Positions 54,401 through 63,875 are shown, numbered from the stretch's first letter. The stretch: DNA of 64,000 nt from Armatimonadota bacterium (GCA_039680575.1 JBDKSP010000011.1:15985-79984); one strand, 5' to 3'. The notes: generated by a model from the letters alone, not told the origin. Made by a program: numbers and translations.

Positions 54401-54545
54401 TCAGGCTCCGATGGCAACCACTGTCATAGGCGGTCTTATGACTTCCACAGCGCTTACATTGTTCGTTGTGCCGGTTGTTTACTCGCTGTTGGATGATCTC
54501 GTGGGAAAACGGAAAGATAAGGAGCAGGCGGATGTCCGACAGTGA
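51417..54545 (+). CDS. RND efflux transporter permease (AcrB/AcrD/AcrF family)
   Basis: 1042 aa; GLIVDDAVVVLENI, GIVVKNGILLVD, RLRPILMT. Confidence 0.96.
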   Translation: MNIAKFAVSRPVAVIMQIAALVLLGIVCLMRLPVDLLPDVTMPTVSVTTQWPNVAPEEIEAQITRPIERAVSSAPGMNQVTSSSVTGTSQVRIQFRWGVDIGQAAVDVLQQVQRAQRSFPSDPTIQNPTVLKMDPNQMPIITYAVSGIDDPVKLRSLVDNQITPMLDSVDGVASATVSGGQQRGIIIDVDPYKLKAHHLSFSDISKRISQENANLPAGIAKESNTEYTIRSIGWFRSINEIGRIPLKSIDGDLVHLSDVASVRDSHSETRLFTRINERPSVGISITKQSGANTISTADAVFQRVKQIEKIYPNLKFGLANDQSQFIRNSVNNVRDSAIIGGILAILILLFFLRNIRSTIVVALSIPISIISTFALIYMCGFSINTMSLGGIALATGLIVDDAVVVLENIFRHIERDKKTAAEAAVSGTSEIISAVVASTWTVMVVFLPLLLIKGQAGQMYTQFALVVIFSLAVSLLDAVTVVPMLATKLISGEAHSENLANAADHPNILMRMFHRCGEWLSELDNAYSRGLHWAIHHRLWTVCGALGITLICLLFATQVGTELMPKTDSGNFNVNVKMPIGTALSQTNKAMTAVENIVMKNPDVETTMTTVGSGGNFRAGSERPYQGSVSVSLKDNRSKSTADIIKSLRKSLGRIPGVNARPSQNDIVTQMMTGGSQNIEIDIFGDDLTTLSSIAKEIMGRLRGINGLENLDINWQEAMPEIQWRIDRDKAQQLGVSFTDVADTLSTATNGDIASYYQENGFQYPIIVQLPEAERKTVSKMSDIIVKANENAPDIVLSQVAAPEYAMGPSEITRMDRKRYVAVTGMPQGRSSGEINADIEKAMEGIGLPTGYYWDWGIHQKETAEEFGGMTLAVFLAIALIYMLLASQFESFIHPLTILLSVPLAGAGVVLGLFLTNRAFGLTSFIGVLMLVGIVVKNGILLVDYTNKLRERGIKREEALITAGRTRLRPILMTASAAILGMLPLALALGEGSEIQAPMATTVIGGLMTSTALTLFVVPVVYSLLDDLVGKRKDKEQADVRQ

Positions 54546-55023
54546 CATAATACAACAGGCGAATGAACTGGCATCGCTTATTTCCAAGCTCATACGCACG
54601 CTGTATACACTCGAAACCGGCGATATGACCGGTGGACTCCCAATAGCGCAGCTTCGTGCTTGTGGTACTCTTCTGGAGAAGCCAAGGACGATATCCTGCC
54701 TCAGCAAAGAGCTCGGTATATCGGCAAGCGCCGGCACACAGCTTGCCGATCGCCTTGAAAAAGCAGGACTTGCAGAGCGTTTTGCCGAACAGGGCGACAA
54801 TCGATTAAAGCACCTGCGATTGACGGACCACGGGCGGCAGATGATAAGCGCCCGTCGTGAAAAACGTGTCGAACATATAGCAAAAGCACTCAATGAGCTC
54901 TCTTCAGAAGACCGTGAGAGGGTCATCTATTTCATTATGAAGCTCTACCAGGCAGGAAAATCAACAAAAGAGAAGCCGCCGGTTGAGGACTCACTGGCCG
55001 CTGTCGTAACATCGTTGGATTAA
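54532..55023 (+). CDS. MarR family transcriptional regulator
   Basis: LSKELGISASAGTQLADRLEKAGL...DNRLKHLRLTDHG; AAGGAG RBS before 54532. Confidence 0.88.
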   Translation: MSDSDIIQQANELASLISKLIRTLYTLETGDMTGGLPIAQLRACGTLLEKPRTISCLSKELGISASAGTQLADRLEKAGLAERFAEQGDNRLKHLRLTDHGRQMISARREKRVEHIAKALNELSSEDRERVIYFIMKLYQAGKSTKEKPPVEDSLAAVVTSLD

Positions 55024-55052
55024 TCCTGGGAATAATCAGCACTGGAGCCTAT

Positions 55053-55505
55053 TTATTTCTTTTTGTCGATCAACGTAATTACGCTTTCTTCAGACATCCT
55101 AAGTACAGCCGACAGCTCTTCAGTAAGCAGCTTTTTGGCTCGCTTTAGTTGCTGTTGCTGGGTTATCTTGGGATAGCGTGATTTAGGCCCTATTATACCG
55201 CTTCGGATAGCACGTGCAAGGTCAATAGGATCACCCCAATTTATTGTAAGTTCTTCATCACAAAGGTTGGTATCATCGGCTTCGCCGGAGAGGATACTTA
55301 TAGCTTGTTTGAGTGTTTCTGCTGCAGCCAGAGGCCGCAGCCCAATTTGGTCTGCGGTGTCTATCGGTACAAGGATTGTTGAGGCCATAGATGGTTTAGG
55401 AATAACATAATAATCTCTGGACATGCCATCTTCAGAACGTTCCTCAATTGATTTTATAATCCCTACACCATACCTGGGATGTAAAACTGCGTCGCCGATT
55501 TCCAT
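55053..55505 (-). CDS. CarD/CdnL-like protein
   Basis: IGDAVLHPRYGVG.I..IEE, ILVP....IGLRP, A..LL.EELS.VL. Confidence 0.8.
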   Translation of the reverse strand: MEIGDAVLHPRYGVGIIKSIEERSEDGMSRDYYVIPKPSMASTILVPIDTADQIGLRPLAAAETLKQAISILSGEADDTNLCDEELTINWGDPIDLARAIRSGIIGPKSRYPKITQQQQLKRAKKLLTEELSAVLRMSEESVITLIDKKK

Positions 55506-55638
55506 TCGAGAAACCGCCCCCTTTCAAGGTCTTTGTCAGCGGCCGGTTGATAACGATTACTTCAATACCGGATTGCTCTCTGTGAAACTCAGTTGGTAGC
55601 CTCCATTTATGCTATTGATATGAGGTCACATCAACGGA

Positions 55639-55673
55639 TTGACACTTATATTATATAATTATATAGTATAAGT
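55639..55673 (+). promoter_or_regulatory. sigma70 promoter (TTGACA-N17-TATAGT) overlapped by a 30-bp palindrome (likely MarR operator)
   Basis: ACTTATATTATATAATTATATAGTATAAGT, one mismatched pair. Confidence 0.7.
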
Positions 55674-55702
55674 ATACAACATTATGAGGTAAAAAATCAA
55701 GT

Positions 55703-56143
55703 ATGGTAGACGATATAATTGACGCACTTGAAACAGCAAAAGAAGCCTGCAAACTTTTGCCGCCATCACTGCCGAATATGAAACCGGTCCATTTTCGTGT
55801 CTTGAACGCGATTTACCGAATCCACGATGATTCCGCCAGTTCACGCATATCAGATATCAGCAAGGTATTGGGTTTTTTGCTTCCCAATACAACAAAGTTG
55901 ATAAACGAAATGGTTGAGTTGAATATCGTCGAAAAATATACCATGCCTTCTGACAAACGTGTTGTATTGGTAAGAACAACCGATGTAGGCGAGAAGTACC
56001 TTAAGGGATGTGTCCTTGCATTTCGTAAACATCTGCAGGAAGAGTTTTCAAAAATCGATGAATCTGACTGCATGACGATGATCGAAACCATTAATAAAAT
56101 CCACAAGATACTGAAGCAAATCTATGAAAGTAAAATGCAGTGA
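55703..56143 (+). CDS. MarR family transcriptional regulator
   Basis: RISDIS..L...PNTTKLINEM, DKRVVLV..TD.G. Confidence 0.88.
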   Translation: MVDDIIDALETAKEACKLLPPSLPNMKPVHFRVLNAIYRIHDDSASSRISDISKVLGFLLPNTTKLINEMVELNIVEKYTMPSDKRVVLVRTTDVGEKYLKGCVLAFRKHLQEEFSKIDESDCMTMIETINKIHKILKQIYESKMQ

Positions 56144-56373
56144 GAAATGATCTCTTATCCCGGATAATCCGTTTGGTGATTAGTCAGACTACAAAATGGA
56201 GGATGCTCCTGATGAATAATACTGTATTCATGCTAAAATGTATTATTCTCCGGTATGTTTTGATTTCAATCGCGGGGATAATGTAGACTGCTCGATAGTC
56301 GAATAGATCACGAATATGTACTCTGCGGCTCTATCATGAAAGTCAGAGACATATATACAATGAAGGAGAAAAC

Positions 56374-57186
56374 GTGGTTATTGAGCTTGAACCTGAAGCA
56401 TTCAGTAGTGTAGCTCCACTATTTGATGCACCTTATCTGGAGTTTGTCATTAGTGCTCTGGTGGCAGGAAATTGTCACGGTAGAATTTGGGTAGATGATT
56501 TGTCTAGTCCATCTTCCGCTTTCATATGGAATAAAGGGCCGCAGTATTACTTCGCCGGACGAGAAGAAAACCAGCAATTCAATGATGCAGTAAAGCAGAT
56601 AATAGCCGAACAAATCGCACCTGCGCCGGATTCTTATATGATAATCTATTACAGTCCTGATTCCTGGACAGAATATCTACCGGGCATTTTTCCAAGTCGC
56701 ACTTTGCAAAAAGCTCCCCGATGCTTATACAAACTGAAGACCTTAAAGATACCAAACTGGCGCGCATCATTACATCAAGATTTTTCGATTATTCCTATAG
56801 ATAGACAACTGCTCACAAAAAAACATCTATCCAACCTCGATCAAATAATAGACGAAATCCAGTTTATGTGGCCGTCTATCGATTTGTTTTTAGAAAGATC
56901 ATTCGGGTTTTGTGCATTACATGGCGATAACGAAATCGCCTGCTGGTGTACTGGCGAGTATCGTAGTGGAAACCATATTGGAATAGGTATCGAAACTATT
57001 GAGAGTTACCAACGCAAAGGTCTTGCGACCCTCACTGCTTCGGCTTTTGCAGAGCATTGCATTATGAATGGCATTGAAGCACATTGGGACTGCTGGTCAA
57101 GAAATGTTCCATCGGTTCTGACGGCAGAGAAAGTAGGTTTCCTAAAGACTATTGATTACGATGTATTTTGGGGCAATAGAGAATAA
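56374..57186 (+). CDS. GNAT family acetyltransferase
   Basis: IGIETIESYQRKGLA, WDC...N.PS..TAEKVGF. Confidence 0.88.
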   Translation: MVIELEPEAFSSVAPLFDAPYLEFVISALVAGNCHGRIWVDDLSSPSSAFIWNKGPQYYFAGREENQQFNDAVKQIIAEQIAPAPDSYMIIYYSPDSWTEYLPGIFPSRTLQKAPRCLYKLKTLKIPNWRASLHQDFSIIPIDRQLLTKKHLSNLDQIIDEIQFMWPSIDLFLERSFGFCALHGDNEIACWCTGEYRSGNHIGIGIETIESYQRKGLATLTASAFAEHCIMNGIEAHWDCWSRNVPSVLTAEKVGFLKTIDYDVFWGNRE

Positions 57187-57235
57187 GGAAAAACACTACA
57201 CTGTCCAATACGCTTCTGATATTCGATGTTATTTG

Positions 57236-57496
57236 TTGAAATCTTCGGCGCGCGATTTTTGCCCCGAAGCTAATATATCAGGTACGCAATATTGACATCG
57301 AAGAAACACCATAATGTGTATATAGATGATGCAGCTTGTTGCTGGGCCGGTTCGGTAGTAGAGTTCATACCTGGTAGAGCAATGGGACAGGTCCTTTAGT
57401 AATAGACAGTGTAGACGGATGGTAGTCACAGAACGCTCGGGCCGTGGATGTCGATTATGAGGGCTTCGGCGCAAAAATCGCACCGAAGCATTTCAA
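57236..57496. repeat. Pair of about 35-bp inverted repeats (each a CTTCGG..CCGAAG hairpin) flanking about 190 bp
   Basis: TTGAAATCTTCGGCGCGCGATTTTTGCCCCGAAGC (57236-57270) vs GCTTCGGCGCAAAAATCGCACCGAAGCATTTCAA (57463-57496). Confidence 0.8.
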
Positions 57497-57562
57497 CCAG
57501 TGAGCTAGATTGCCCAGTCCGGCCACTGCGGATAAATATTCTATAATTTTTGCTATTTATCG

Positions 57563-57591
57563 TTGACATCTCGGTGGTGGCTGGCTATAAT
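57563..57591 (+). promoter_or_regulatory. Consensus sigma70 promoter of the trp operon
   Basis: TTGACA (57563-57568)-N17-TATAAT (57586-57591). Confidence 0.9.
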
Positions 57592-57599
57592 ACAATCAA

Positions 57600-57662
57600 A
57601 TGGACACTTATTACCCGATAAACAACAGTAGTAATATATGGTGGTGGCGCTACTCCAATTAG
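57600..57662 (+). CDS. trpL: trp operon leader peptide MDTYYPINNSSNIWWWRYSN (not in ORF track)
   Basis: 20 codons with three tandem TGG, between the promoter and a terminator upstream of trpB. Confidence 0.88.
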   Translation: MDTYYPINNSSNIWWWRYSN

Positions 57663-57708
57663 ATGGAGCCGGCGCGCTTGTTATCGGATAAGTAAGAACT
57701 AAAATATT

Positions 57709-57749
57709 AAAGTCGCGACCCGCTCCAGGGCGGGGTTCGCGGCTTTTTT
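57709..57749 (+). terminator. trp attenuator terminator (3:4 hairpin)
   Basis: AAAGTCGCGACCCGC-TCCAGG-GCGGGGTTCGCGGCTTTTTT. Confidence 0.85.
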
Positions 57750-57768
57750 GTGGATATAGGCTGATTTT

Positions 57769-57804
57769 AGGCTGGGGACACCCGTATTAGTCCCCGGCCT
57801 TTTT
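57769..57804 (+). terminator. Second terminator-like hairpin in the trp leader
   Basis: AGGCTGGGGAC...GTCCCCGGCCT followed by TTTT. Confidence 0.7.
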
Positions 57805-57905
57805 GCATTACAGAAGCTAAATCAGAAAGGCAGAAGGGATAAGGACCGTAGCAGTTGCGAGGTTAGTAAAAGAGTTTCAAAAGTAGTATCAGAGGAGGAT
57901 GAAAT

Positions 57906-59090
57906 ATGACAAAAGGCAGATACGGCATCCACGGAGGGCAGTATATCCCAGAATTGCTTATGAATGCCGTCCTTGAGCTGGAAGAGGCATATAACCGGTT
58001 GAAGGATGAGCCGCAGTTTACATCGGAACTAGCCGCGCTGCTGAAAGACTACGCCGGGCGGCCATCGCTGCTCTATTATGCCGAAAAGATGACCAGAGAC
58101 CTGGGCGGCGCAAAGATTTACCTGAAACGGGAGGACCTCAATCATACAGGTTCCCATAAGATCAATAACGTGCTGGGACAGGTGCTTCTTGCCAAGCGTA
58201 TGGGCAAGACCCGCGTGATCGCCGAAACCGGGGCAGGACAGCACGGTGTAGCCACAGCTACCGCAGCTGCGCTCCTGGGGCTGGAATGCGAGATTTTTAT
58301 GGGCAAAGAGGATACCGAACGGCAGGCGCTCAATGTTTTCCGCATGGAAATCCTCGGCGCGAAGGTGCATGCCGTCACAAGCGGTACGCAGACGCTGAAG
58401 GATGCGGTCAATGAGACCATGCGCGAATGGACCCGGCGGATTAACGATACCCACTACGTTCTTGGTTCAGTCATGGGTCCGCACCCATTTCCAATGATCG
58501 TTAGGGACTTCCAGAGCGTCATCGGACGCGAGGTGAAGAAGGAGATGCTGGAAAGAGAAGGGCGTTTGCCGGACGTGCTGCTGGCTTGCGTCGGCGGAGG
58601 AAGCAATGCCATGGGGCTGTTCTATGAATTCATAAAAGAACCGGATGTGCGACTCATAGGCTGTGAAGCGGCAGGTCTCGGAGTCGACACGGACAAGAAT
58701 GCCGCCACTATCACAAACGGCAGCATTGGGATTTTTCACGGCATGAAGTCATACTTCTGCCAGGACGAGTACGGGCAGATCGCGCCGGTCTATTCAATCT
58801 CCGCGGGGCTGGATTATCCGGGAGTCGGTCCCGAACATGCCGCGCTTTTCGACTCCAGCCGGGCTGAGTATGTGCCGATTACGGATGCCGAATCCGTAGA
58901 TGCCTTCGAATATCTCTCACGCATGGAAGGGATTATCCCTGCCATAGAAAGCGCTCATGCTGTGGCTTATGCCAGGAAAATCGCATCACAAATGGACAAG
59001 GACTCGATCATGGTAGTCAACTTGTCCGGCAGGGGAGACAAGGATGTAGCCGCAATCGCACGCTATCGGGGGGTGAATATTTATGAATAA
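57906..59090 (+). CDS. trpB: Tryptophan synthase beta chain
   Basis: [46 protein letters not shown]. Confidence 0.98.
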   Translation: MTKGRYGIHGGQYIPELLMNAVLELEEAYNRLKDEPQFTSELAALLKDYAGRPSLLYYAEKMTRDLGGAKIYLKREDLNHTGSHKINNVLGQVLLAKRMGKTRVIAETGAGQHGVATATAAALLGLECEIFMGKEDTERQALNVFRMEILGAKVHAVTSGTQTLKDAVNETMREWTRRINDTHYVLGSVMGPHPFPMIVRDFQSVIGREVKKEMLEREGRLPDVLLACVGGGSNAMGLFYEFIKEPDVRLIGCEAAGLGVDTDKNAATITNGSIGIFHGMKSYFCQDEYGQIAPVYSISAGLDYPGVGPEHAALFDSSRAEYVPITDAESVDAFEYLSRMEGIIPAIESAHAVAYARKIASQMDKDSIMVVNLSGRGDKDVAAIARYRGVNIYE

Positions 59091-59874
59091 GCTGAACAGA
59101 GCATTTTCCAGTGGTAAAGCATTCATACCGTTTATCACAGCGGGTGATCCGACGCTGGAAGTGACGGAAGAACTGGTATATGCGATGGCTGACGCAGGAG
59201 CAGACCTGATCGAGCTGGGCATCCCGTTTTCCGATCCGGTGGCGGAGGGACCCGTCATCCAGGAAGCGGATAACCGTGCGCTGTCCGGCGGTACGACTAC
59301 GGACAAAATCTTTGAAATGACGAGCCGTATCAGCAAAAACCGCGATGTTCCGCTGGCCTTTATGTCTTATGCCAATCCTGTCTTTACATACGGCGTGGAC
59401 AGGTTCATGAAGCAGTGCCGGGAAACCGGAATCGATGCTGTGATCGTGCCGGACGTGCCTTTGGAGGAAAAAGAAGAGCTGTTACCTTTCTGCACACAAC
59501 ATGGGGTTACTCTCATCTCGATGGTTGCTCCGACATCCAGAGAGCGTATCCGCATGATCGCTGAAGAAGCGCAAGGCTTTGTCTACTGTGTCTCATCCCT
59601 GGGCGTAACCGGCGTACGGAGCGACATCGGCGGTGACGTGGAGGAGATGATTAAGGTTGTAAAGAGTGTCAAGGAGATTCCCTGCGCCGTTGGTTTCGGT
59701 ATTTCTACACCCAAGAAGGCAGCGGAAATGGCCGGGTTTGCCGACGGAGTGATCGTCGGCAGCGCCATCGTAGAGATCGTGGGGCGGTACGGCGCGCAGT
59801 GCGTACCTCATGTCGCGGAATATGTGCGTGCAATGAAGGATGCTATTGTATCGGAGGAAGTGAGGAAAGGTTAA
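59083..59874 (+). CDS. trpA: Tryptophan synthase alpha chain
   Basis: [36 protein letters not shown]. Confidence 0.98.
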   Translation: MNKLNRAFSSGKAFIPFITAGDPTLEVTEELVYAMADAGADLIELGIPFSDPVAEGPVIQEADNRALSGGTTTDKIFEMTSRISKNRDVPLAFMSYANPVFTYGVDRFMKQCRETGIDAVIVPDVPLEEKEELLPFCTQHGVTLISMVAPTSRERIRMIAEEAQGFVYCVSSLGVTGVRSDIGGDVEEMIKVVKSVKEIPCAVGFGISTPKKAAEMAGFADGVIVGSAIVEIVGRYGAQCVPHVAEYVRAMKDAIVSEEVRKG

Positions 59875-59875
59875 T

Positions 59876-60907
59876 ATGGTTAAGAGTGTTTTACGGAAAC
59901 TTACGACTAAGCAGGATCTGACTGCGGAGGATGTCTATAAGCTGATCGTGGCTATTAAGAACGACGAACTGAGCGACGTGCAGATAGCGGGGTTTCAGGT
60001 GGCTCTTTTGATGAAAGGGCCGACGTTGACGGAGATTACAGCCATAGCCCAGGCTATGCGGGACAACTGCATAAAAATCGACCCTAAGGTCGATGGAGAA
60101 CTCATGGATACCTGCGGCACTGGAGGCGGCTTAAGCACCTTCAACATTTCGACTGCGGTAGCCTTTGTTGCTGCAGCCGCCGGAATTCCGATTGCCAAAC
60201 ACGGCAGCCGTTCCATCGCCAGCCTGTCCGGCAGCGCCGATGTGCTGGAGGCGTTGAATGTAGAGATCAACCAGACACCCCAAACGGTTGAAAAACTGAT
60301 CGAAGACATCGGTATAGCATTTCTTTACGCTCCTCTGTTTCATCCTGTCATGTGCAAGGTGCTCCCGCCGGAAAAAGATCTGGGGATAAAAACGATTTTC
60401 TATACGGTCATTGGGCCGCTGATTAATCCCACCAAAGCAAGCAGGCATGTTATGGGTGTCTATAAGCTGGATATTCTGGACACAGTCTCCCGTGTTGCCG
60501 CGTCGATAGGGTATGATAGAGCGCTTTTCGTACATGGATTGGACGGGATGGATGAGATCTCGCTTCTGGGCAAAACAAGGGTCAACGAGCTCAAAAATGG
60601 TGAAATTACAAGTTATGAGATCAGCCCGGAGGATTTCGGCTTGACGCGCTGCTCACTGGAGGAGATTGCCACTGGAACGCCTCAGGAGAATGCCGAGATG
60701 ATCGGAAATGTTTTCTCCGGCAAAGACAAAGGCTCGCGCCGCCAGGCTGTCATCCTCAATGCTGCTGGAGCGCTGATGATCGGCGATAAGGCAGCTTCCT
60801 TCAAAGAAGGCATCAGTTATGCCAGCGAGATAATCGACAGCGGCCTGTCACAGCGCAAACTGGAAGAACTTATTGCCGCTTCTCATGACTACGCTTCGGT
60901 GAACTGA
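59876..60907 (+). CDS. trpD: Anthranilate phosphoribosyltransferase
   Basis: DTCGTGG, FNIST, KHGSRS..S.SGSADVLEAL, DEISL. Confidence 0.96.
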   Translation: MVKSVLRKLTTKQDLTAEDVYKLIVAIKNDELSDVQIAGFQVALLMKGPTLTEITAIAQAMRDNCIKIDPKVDGELMDTCGTGGGLSTFNISTAVAFVAAAAGIPIAKHGSRSIASLSGSADVLEALNVEINQTPQTVEKLIEDIGIAFLYAPLFHPVMCKVLPPEKDLGIKTIFYTVIGPLINPTKASRHVMGVYKLDILDTVSRVAASIGYDRALFVHGLDGMDEISLLGKTRVNELKNGEITSYEISPEDFGLTRCSLEEIATGTPQENAEMIGNVFSGKDKGSRRQAVILNAAGALMIGDKAASFKEGISYASEIIDSGLSQRKLEELIAASHDYASVN

Positions 60908-60908
60908 C

Positions 60909-61601
60909 ATGGCAGGCAGGTATACAACGGCGCTGTGGCAAAAGCAAAATACGGGAAAAACCCCGGTTATCCCTGATATCAAGAGTAAATCACCCGGAGA
61001 GGGTGATCTACTCTTAGGCCGGGACCCCGTCGTGCTGGCGGGAGAACTCGTGGCAGCAGGTGCACCTGTCCTTTCGGTGGTGACGGAAGCGGAGCATTTC
61101 GGAGGTTCGCTGGAGATGTTCAGCCGCGTTGTGCAGTCGGTAACGGTCCCAGTGCTGCGTAAAGACTTCATTACGACTGTGGACCAGGTGCAGGAGAGCG
61201 CTGAGATAGGTGCTGCAGCCGTGCTGCTGATTGCGGCAATGCTGGAAAAAAGCGTATTGTTCGAATTGTTCGAGAAGGCTTTATCGCTGGGATTGGAACC
61301 GCTGGTTGAGACCCATAATGAGGCGGAGATAAGGATCGCCAATGAACTGAAGCCCACTTTTCTCGGGATCAACAACCGTAATATACTCGAACTGGAAAGA
61401 GACGGCGGGGATGTCTCCAGAACTGAATATCTCGCTGCCCTGGCACAGCCGGAAGCGTTGATTGTCAGCGAAAGCTCTATAAGCTCCCCCGATGATGTCC
61501 GGCGGGCTGTAGCGGCGGGGGTGCATGCCGTGCTGGTAGGGACTGCCATCCTGCGTGCAGGCGACCCGGCAGCGATGTATCGGAAACTCAGCGAACTATA
61601 G
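60909..61601 (+). CDS. trpC: Indole-3-glycerol-phosphate synthase
   Basis: IK.KSP, LSVVTE..FGGS, LRKDF, LVETH, GINNR, SES.I. Confidence 0.93.
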   Translation: MAGRYTTALWQKQNTGKTPVIPDIKSKSPGEGDLLLGRDPVVLAGELVAAGAPVLSVVTEAEHFGGSLEMFSRVVQSVTVPVLRKDFITTVDQVQESAEIGAAAVLLIAAMLEKSVLFELFEKALSLGLEPLVETHNEAEIRIANELKPTFLGINNRNILELERDGGDVSRTEYLAALAQPEALIVSESSISSPDDVRRAVAAGVHAVLVGTAILRAGDPAAMYRKLSEL

Positions 61602-61612
61602 GAGCAGCAGGT

Positions 61613-62284
61613 ATGATACAGGTCAAAATCTGCGGTTTGATGAACAAAAACGACGCCGATATCTGTGTAATGGCGGGGGTGGATATGGTGGGATTCGTCG
61701 TGGAATACCCGCAGCCGGTACCGTGGAACCTGGCTGCAGGTGAGGCAAAAGAGCTGATCATCCAGGTCTCAGCTCCCGTAAAAGCCTGTGTCGTTACTGG
61801 CGGTCCTGTGGGTAAAGTCCTGGCTCTGGCCGAAGAATTGCGCCCGCACATCGTTCAGTTGCATTACCGTGAAACGCTGGCGGATGTGCGCCAGGCGGTA
61901 AAGGAGCTAAATACCCTTGGCATCAGGACGATCAAGGCACTGCGGTTCGATAAGAACGGTAATTGTGATTTCGAGATCAGCGACCCTGTCCTCGCTGCCA
62001 GGGAACTGTCCCGAACAGGGGTAGCAGCCATCGTTGTGGACTCCTATACGGAGGCCAGACCCGGTGGTTCAGGTGTAGTTGTCGATCTTTCCACGTTCAA
62101 GGCTGTGCAGCGGGAGAGCAATGTCCCGGTTATCTTAGCCGGAGGGCTGAACCCGGACAACATTGCCTCCATCGCCGCCGCTGCAAACCCCTACGGCGTA
62201 GATGTGCTAACCGGTGTCGAAACGGCTCCCGGACGAAAAGATGAAGCGAAGATCGCCCGGTTGATGGATGCTCTGTCCCCGTAA
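61613..62284 (+). CDS. trpF: Phosphoribosylanthranilate isomerase
   Basis: VKICGL, VQLH, GGSG, ILAGGLNPDN, GVD..GVE..PG.KD. Confidence 0.95.
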   Translation: MIQVKICGLMNKNDADICVMAGVDMVGFVVEYPQPVPWNLAAGEAKELIIQVSAPVKACVVTGGPVGKVLALAEELRPHIVQLHYRETLADVRQAVKELNTLGIRTIKALRFDKNGNCDFEISDPVLAARELSRTGVAAIVVDSYTEARPGGSGVVVDLSTFKAVQRESNVPVILAGGLNPDNIASIAAAANPYGVDVLTGVETAPGRKDEAKIARLMDALSP

Positions 62285-62289
62285 ATATG

Positions 62290-63528
62290 CTAAATGCCGG
62301 TGATGTCGGAAGATTGGGCCACCCTTACCGCCGGATAATACTTTACCCCGGACTTGAAGATAGACGATGATCCCTGGACTTTTACACGATCACCGACCTG
62401 TCTTGACTGCGCGTTTATACTCCCGACAATTTTGATGCCCGAATGCTCTGTTCCATTATCACGGCGCGAGCCGTCGTCAATCGTCATCCAGGTGAAATCG
62501 GATGCAATATCGGTAATTTCGCCCCAGATTGTCACATCCAGACCGATATTATTGAGTCCCATTCCGCCGTCGCACCCGATCTGAAAACCCGCGGGTGATC
62601 CTCCACCGACCGAACGATTGGTCATTCCAAGCGGAGCGGGAGTGCCGAATTCAGGGTCGTATTCATCTATCAGGTGTATCAGGTTCAAGACCCGCTCGCC
62701 TTCAGCATTGCACAGTAGTTCACCAAAGGCGGATATTTCCTTACCCCTGGTGGCGCCGCTTCCCATTATGGCCAGCCCGCAGGCACGATCCTGGGTTTCC
62801 ACATTGAACCTGTCGGAATGTACTCGCGTAACCACTATACCCGGTATCACCACAGCCTGAGGCTCGGATGATTTTGCTTGAGCAAGATTGAGCGCTTTGA
62901 CATCCGCAGCAACCGATATATCATCCACATTGAAGCTGAATACGGCTGCCGGATCATTGTCGGAGTATAATTCTATCTGGTCAAAAGCCTCTTCAGAGAC
63001 TATTCCCAGGAAGTATGTCTCATTACCCTTGCTCAATATTTGGAACGGTTCTGTCGCGCTCAGGGCGTCGAATCCGGAGCCTGTATTCGCGTGCATCCGC
63101 CAGAATGGTACGGCAGGAGTGCCGGTCGGGCTGGGATTTCCTATCAGCCGCACTCCGAACGCGTTCACCGGATGCGAGAGATTGAAAACAATCTTATCCC
63201 CATTTCCCGCAAGGAACTGGTCCCCGGAGCCGGACGCTCCAATCGCATTTTGACCGCTTGTCGTACTATATGTATCGGTGACGACCAGCTGAACTGCAGT
63301 GCGAGTTGAGCCGTCGGACTGAAGCCCATCTGCAGTTATTTTCAGCATACCGAAGCTGTTGGCACTTGATCCCGAAGCCTGCGAATCAAGACATATCACA
63401 AAATTGAGACCTTGTTCCGCAACGGCCGCGGTAAATGCAGTAGCATCGGTATATGCTGTCGCAGCCTGTAGGGCAGATGCAGTTGTGAGCAGGCATAACG
63501 CCGCAAATACGCATATTAATATTCTCAT
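62290..63528 (-). CDS. Secreted hypothetical protein with C-terminal OB-fold-like repeats
   Basis: Signal peptide MRILICVFAALCLL..ALQA; C-terminal GLNNIGLDVTIWG..IDDGS motif; start at 63528 assumed. Confidence 0.7.
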   Translation of the reverse strand: MRILICVFAALCLLTTASALQAATAYTDATAFTAAVAEQGLNFVICLDSQASGSSANSFGMLKITADGLQSDGSTRTAVQLVVTDTYSTTSGQNAIGASGSGDQFLAGNGDKIVFNLSHPVNAFGVRLIGNPSPTGTPAVPFWRMHANTGSGFDALSATEPFQILSKGNETYFLGIVSEEAFDQIELYSDNDPAAVFSFNVDDISVAADVKALNLAQAKSSEPQAVVIPGIVVTRVHSDRFNVETQDRACGLAIMGSGATRGKEISAFGELLCNAEGERVLNLIHLIDEYDPEFGTPAPLGMTNRSVGGGSPAGFQIGCDGGMGLNNIGLDVTIWGEITDIASDFTWMTIDDGSRRDNGTEHSGIKIVGSINAQSRQVGDRVKVQGSSSIFKSGVKYYPAVRVAQSSDITGI

Positions 63529-63875
63529 AACCGATTTCTCCCGGCTGAAGCGGATTAGTTGACCATGTACACCCATGCTTCTCCAATGTTTAAATCTGTA
63601 GTCCTGTTATTTACTATTTCGATTAACGCATAATTGCTCATAACAGGAACAATCATAAGCGCCACTGAGCTGGATTGCGTGAAATTGGCGTAAGATATCA
63701 GCGGGGTACTTGGCGTAGCGAAATTGCCGCTTCCAAACAAAAAATAACCACCGCTGATAGGAGTCATAAACCGAACATTGATCCGAATATTCGAAGTATC
63801 AGACGTCGCTGAAGGAAGCGTCGCTGCTATCCTTAGCTCTTTGTAGCCAGTGCAGCTTAATATGCCAGACGATAT

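Noticed and set aside
56374..57496. Integron cassette with attC after the GNAT gene
   Set aside because: The hairpins lack clear RYYYAAC/GTTRRRY boxes adjacent to the stop codon and no integrase is present in the window
57592..57905. T-box riboswitch or TRAP site upstream of trpB
   Set aside because: No GGTGGNACCGCG T-box core or (G/U)AG repeat series; leader-peptide attenuation explains the region
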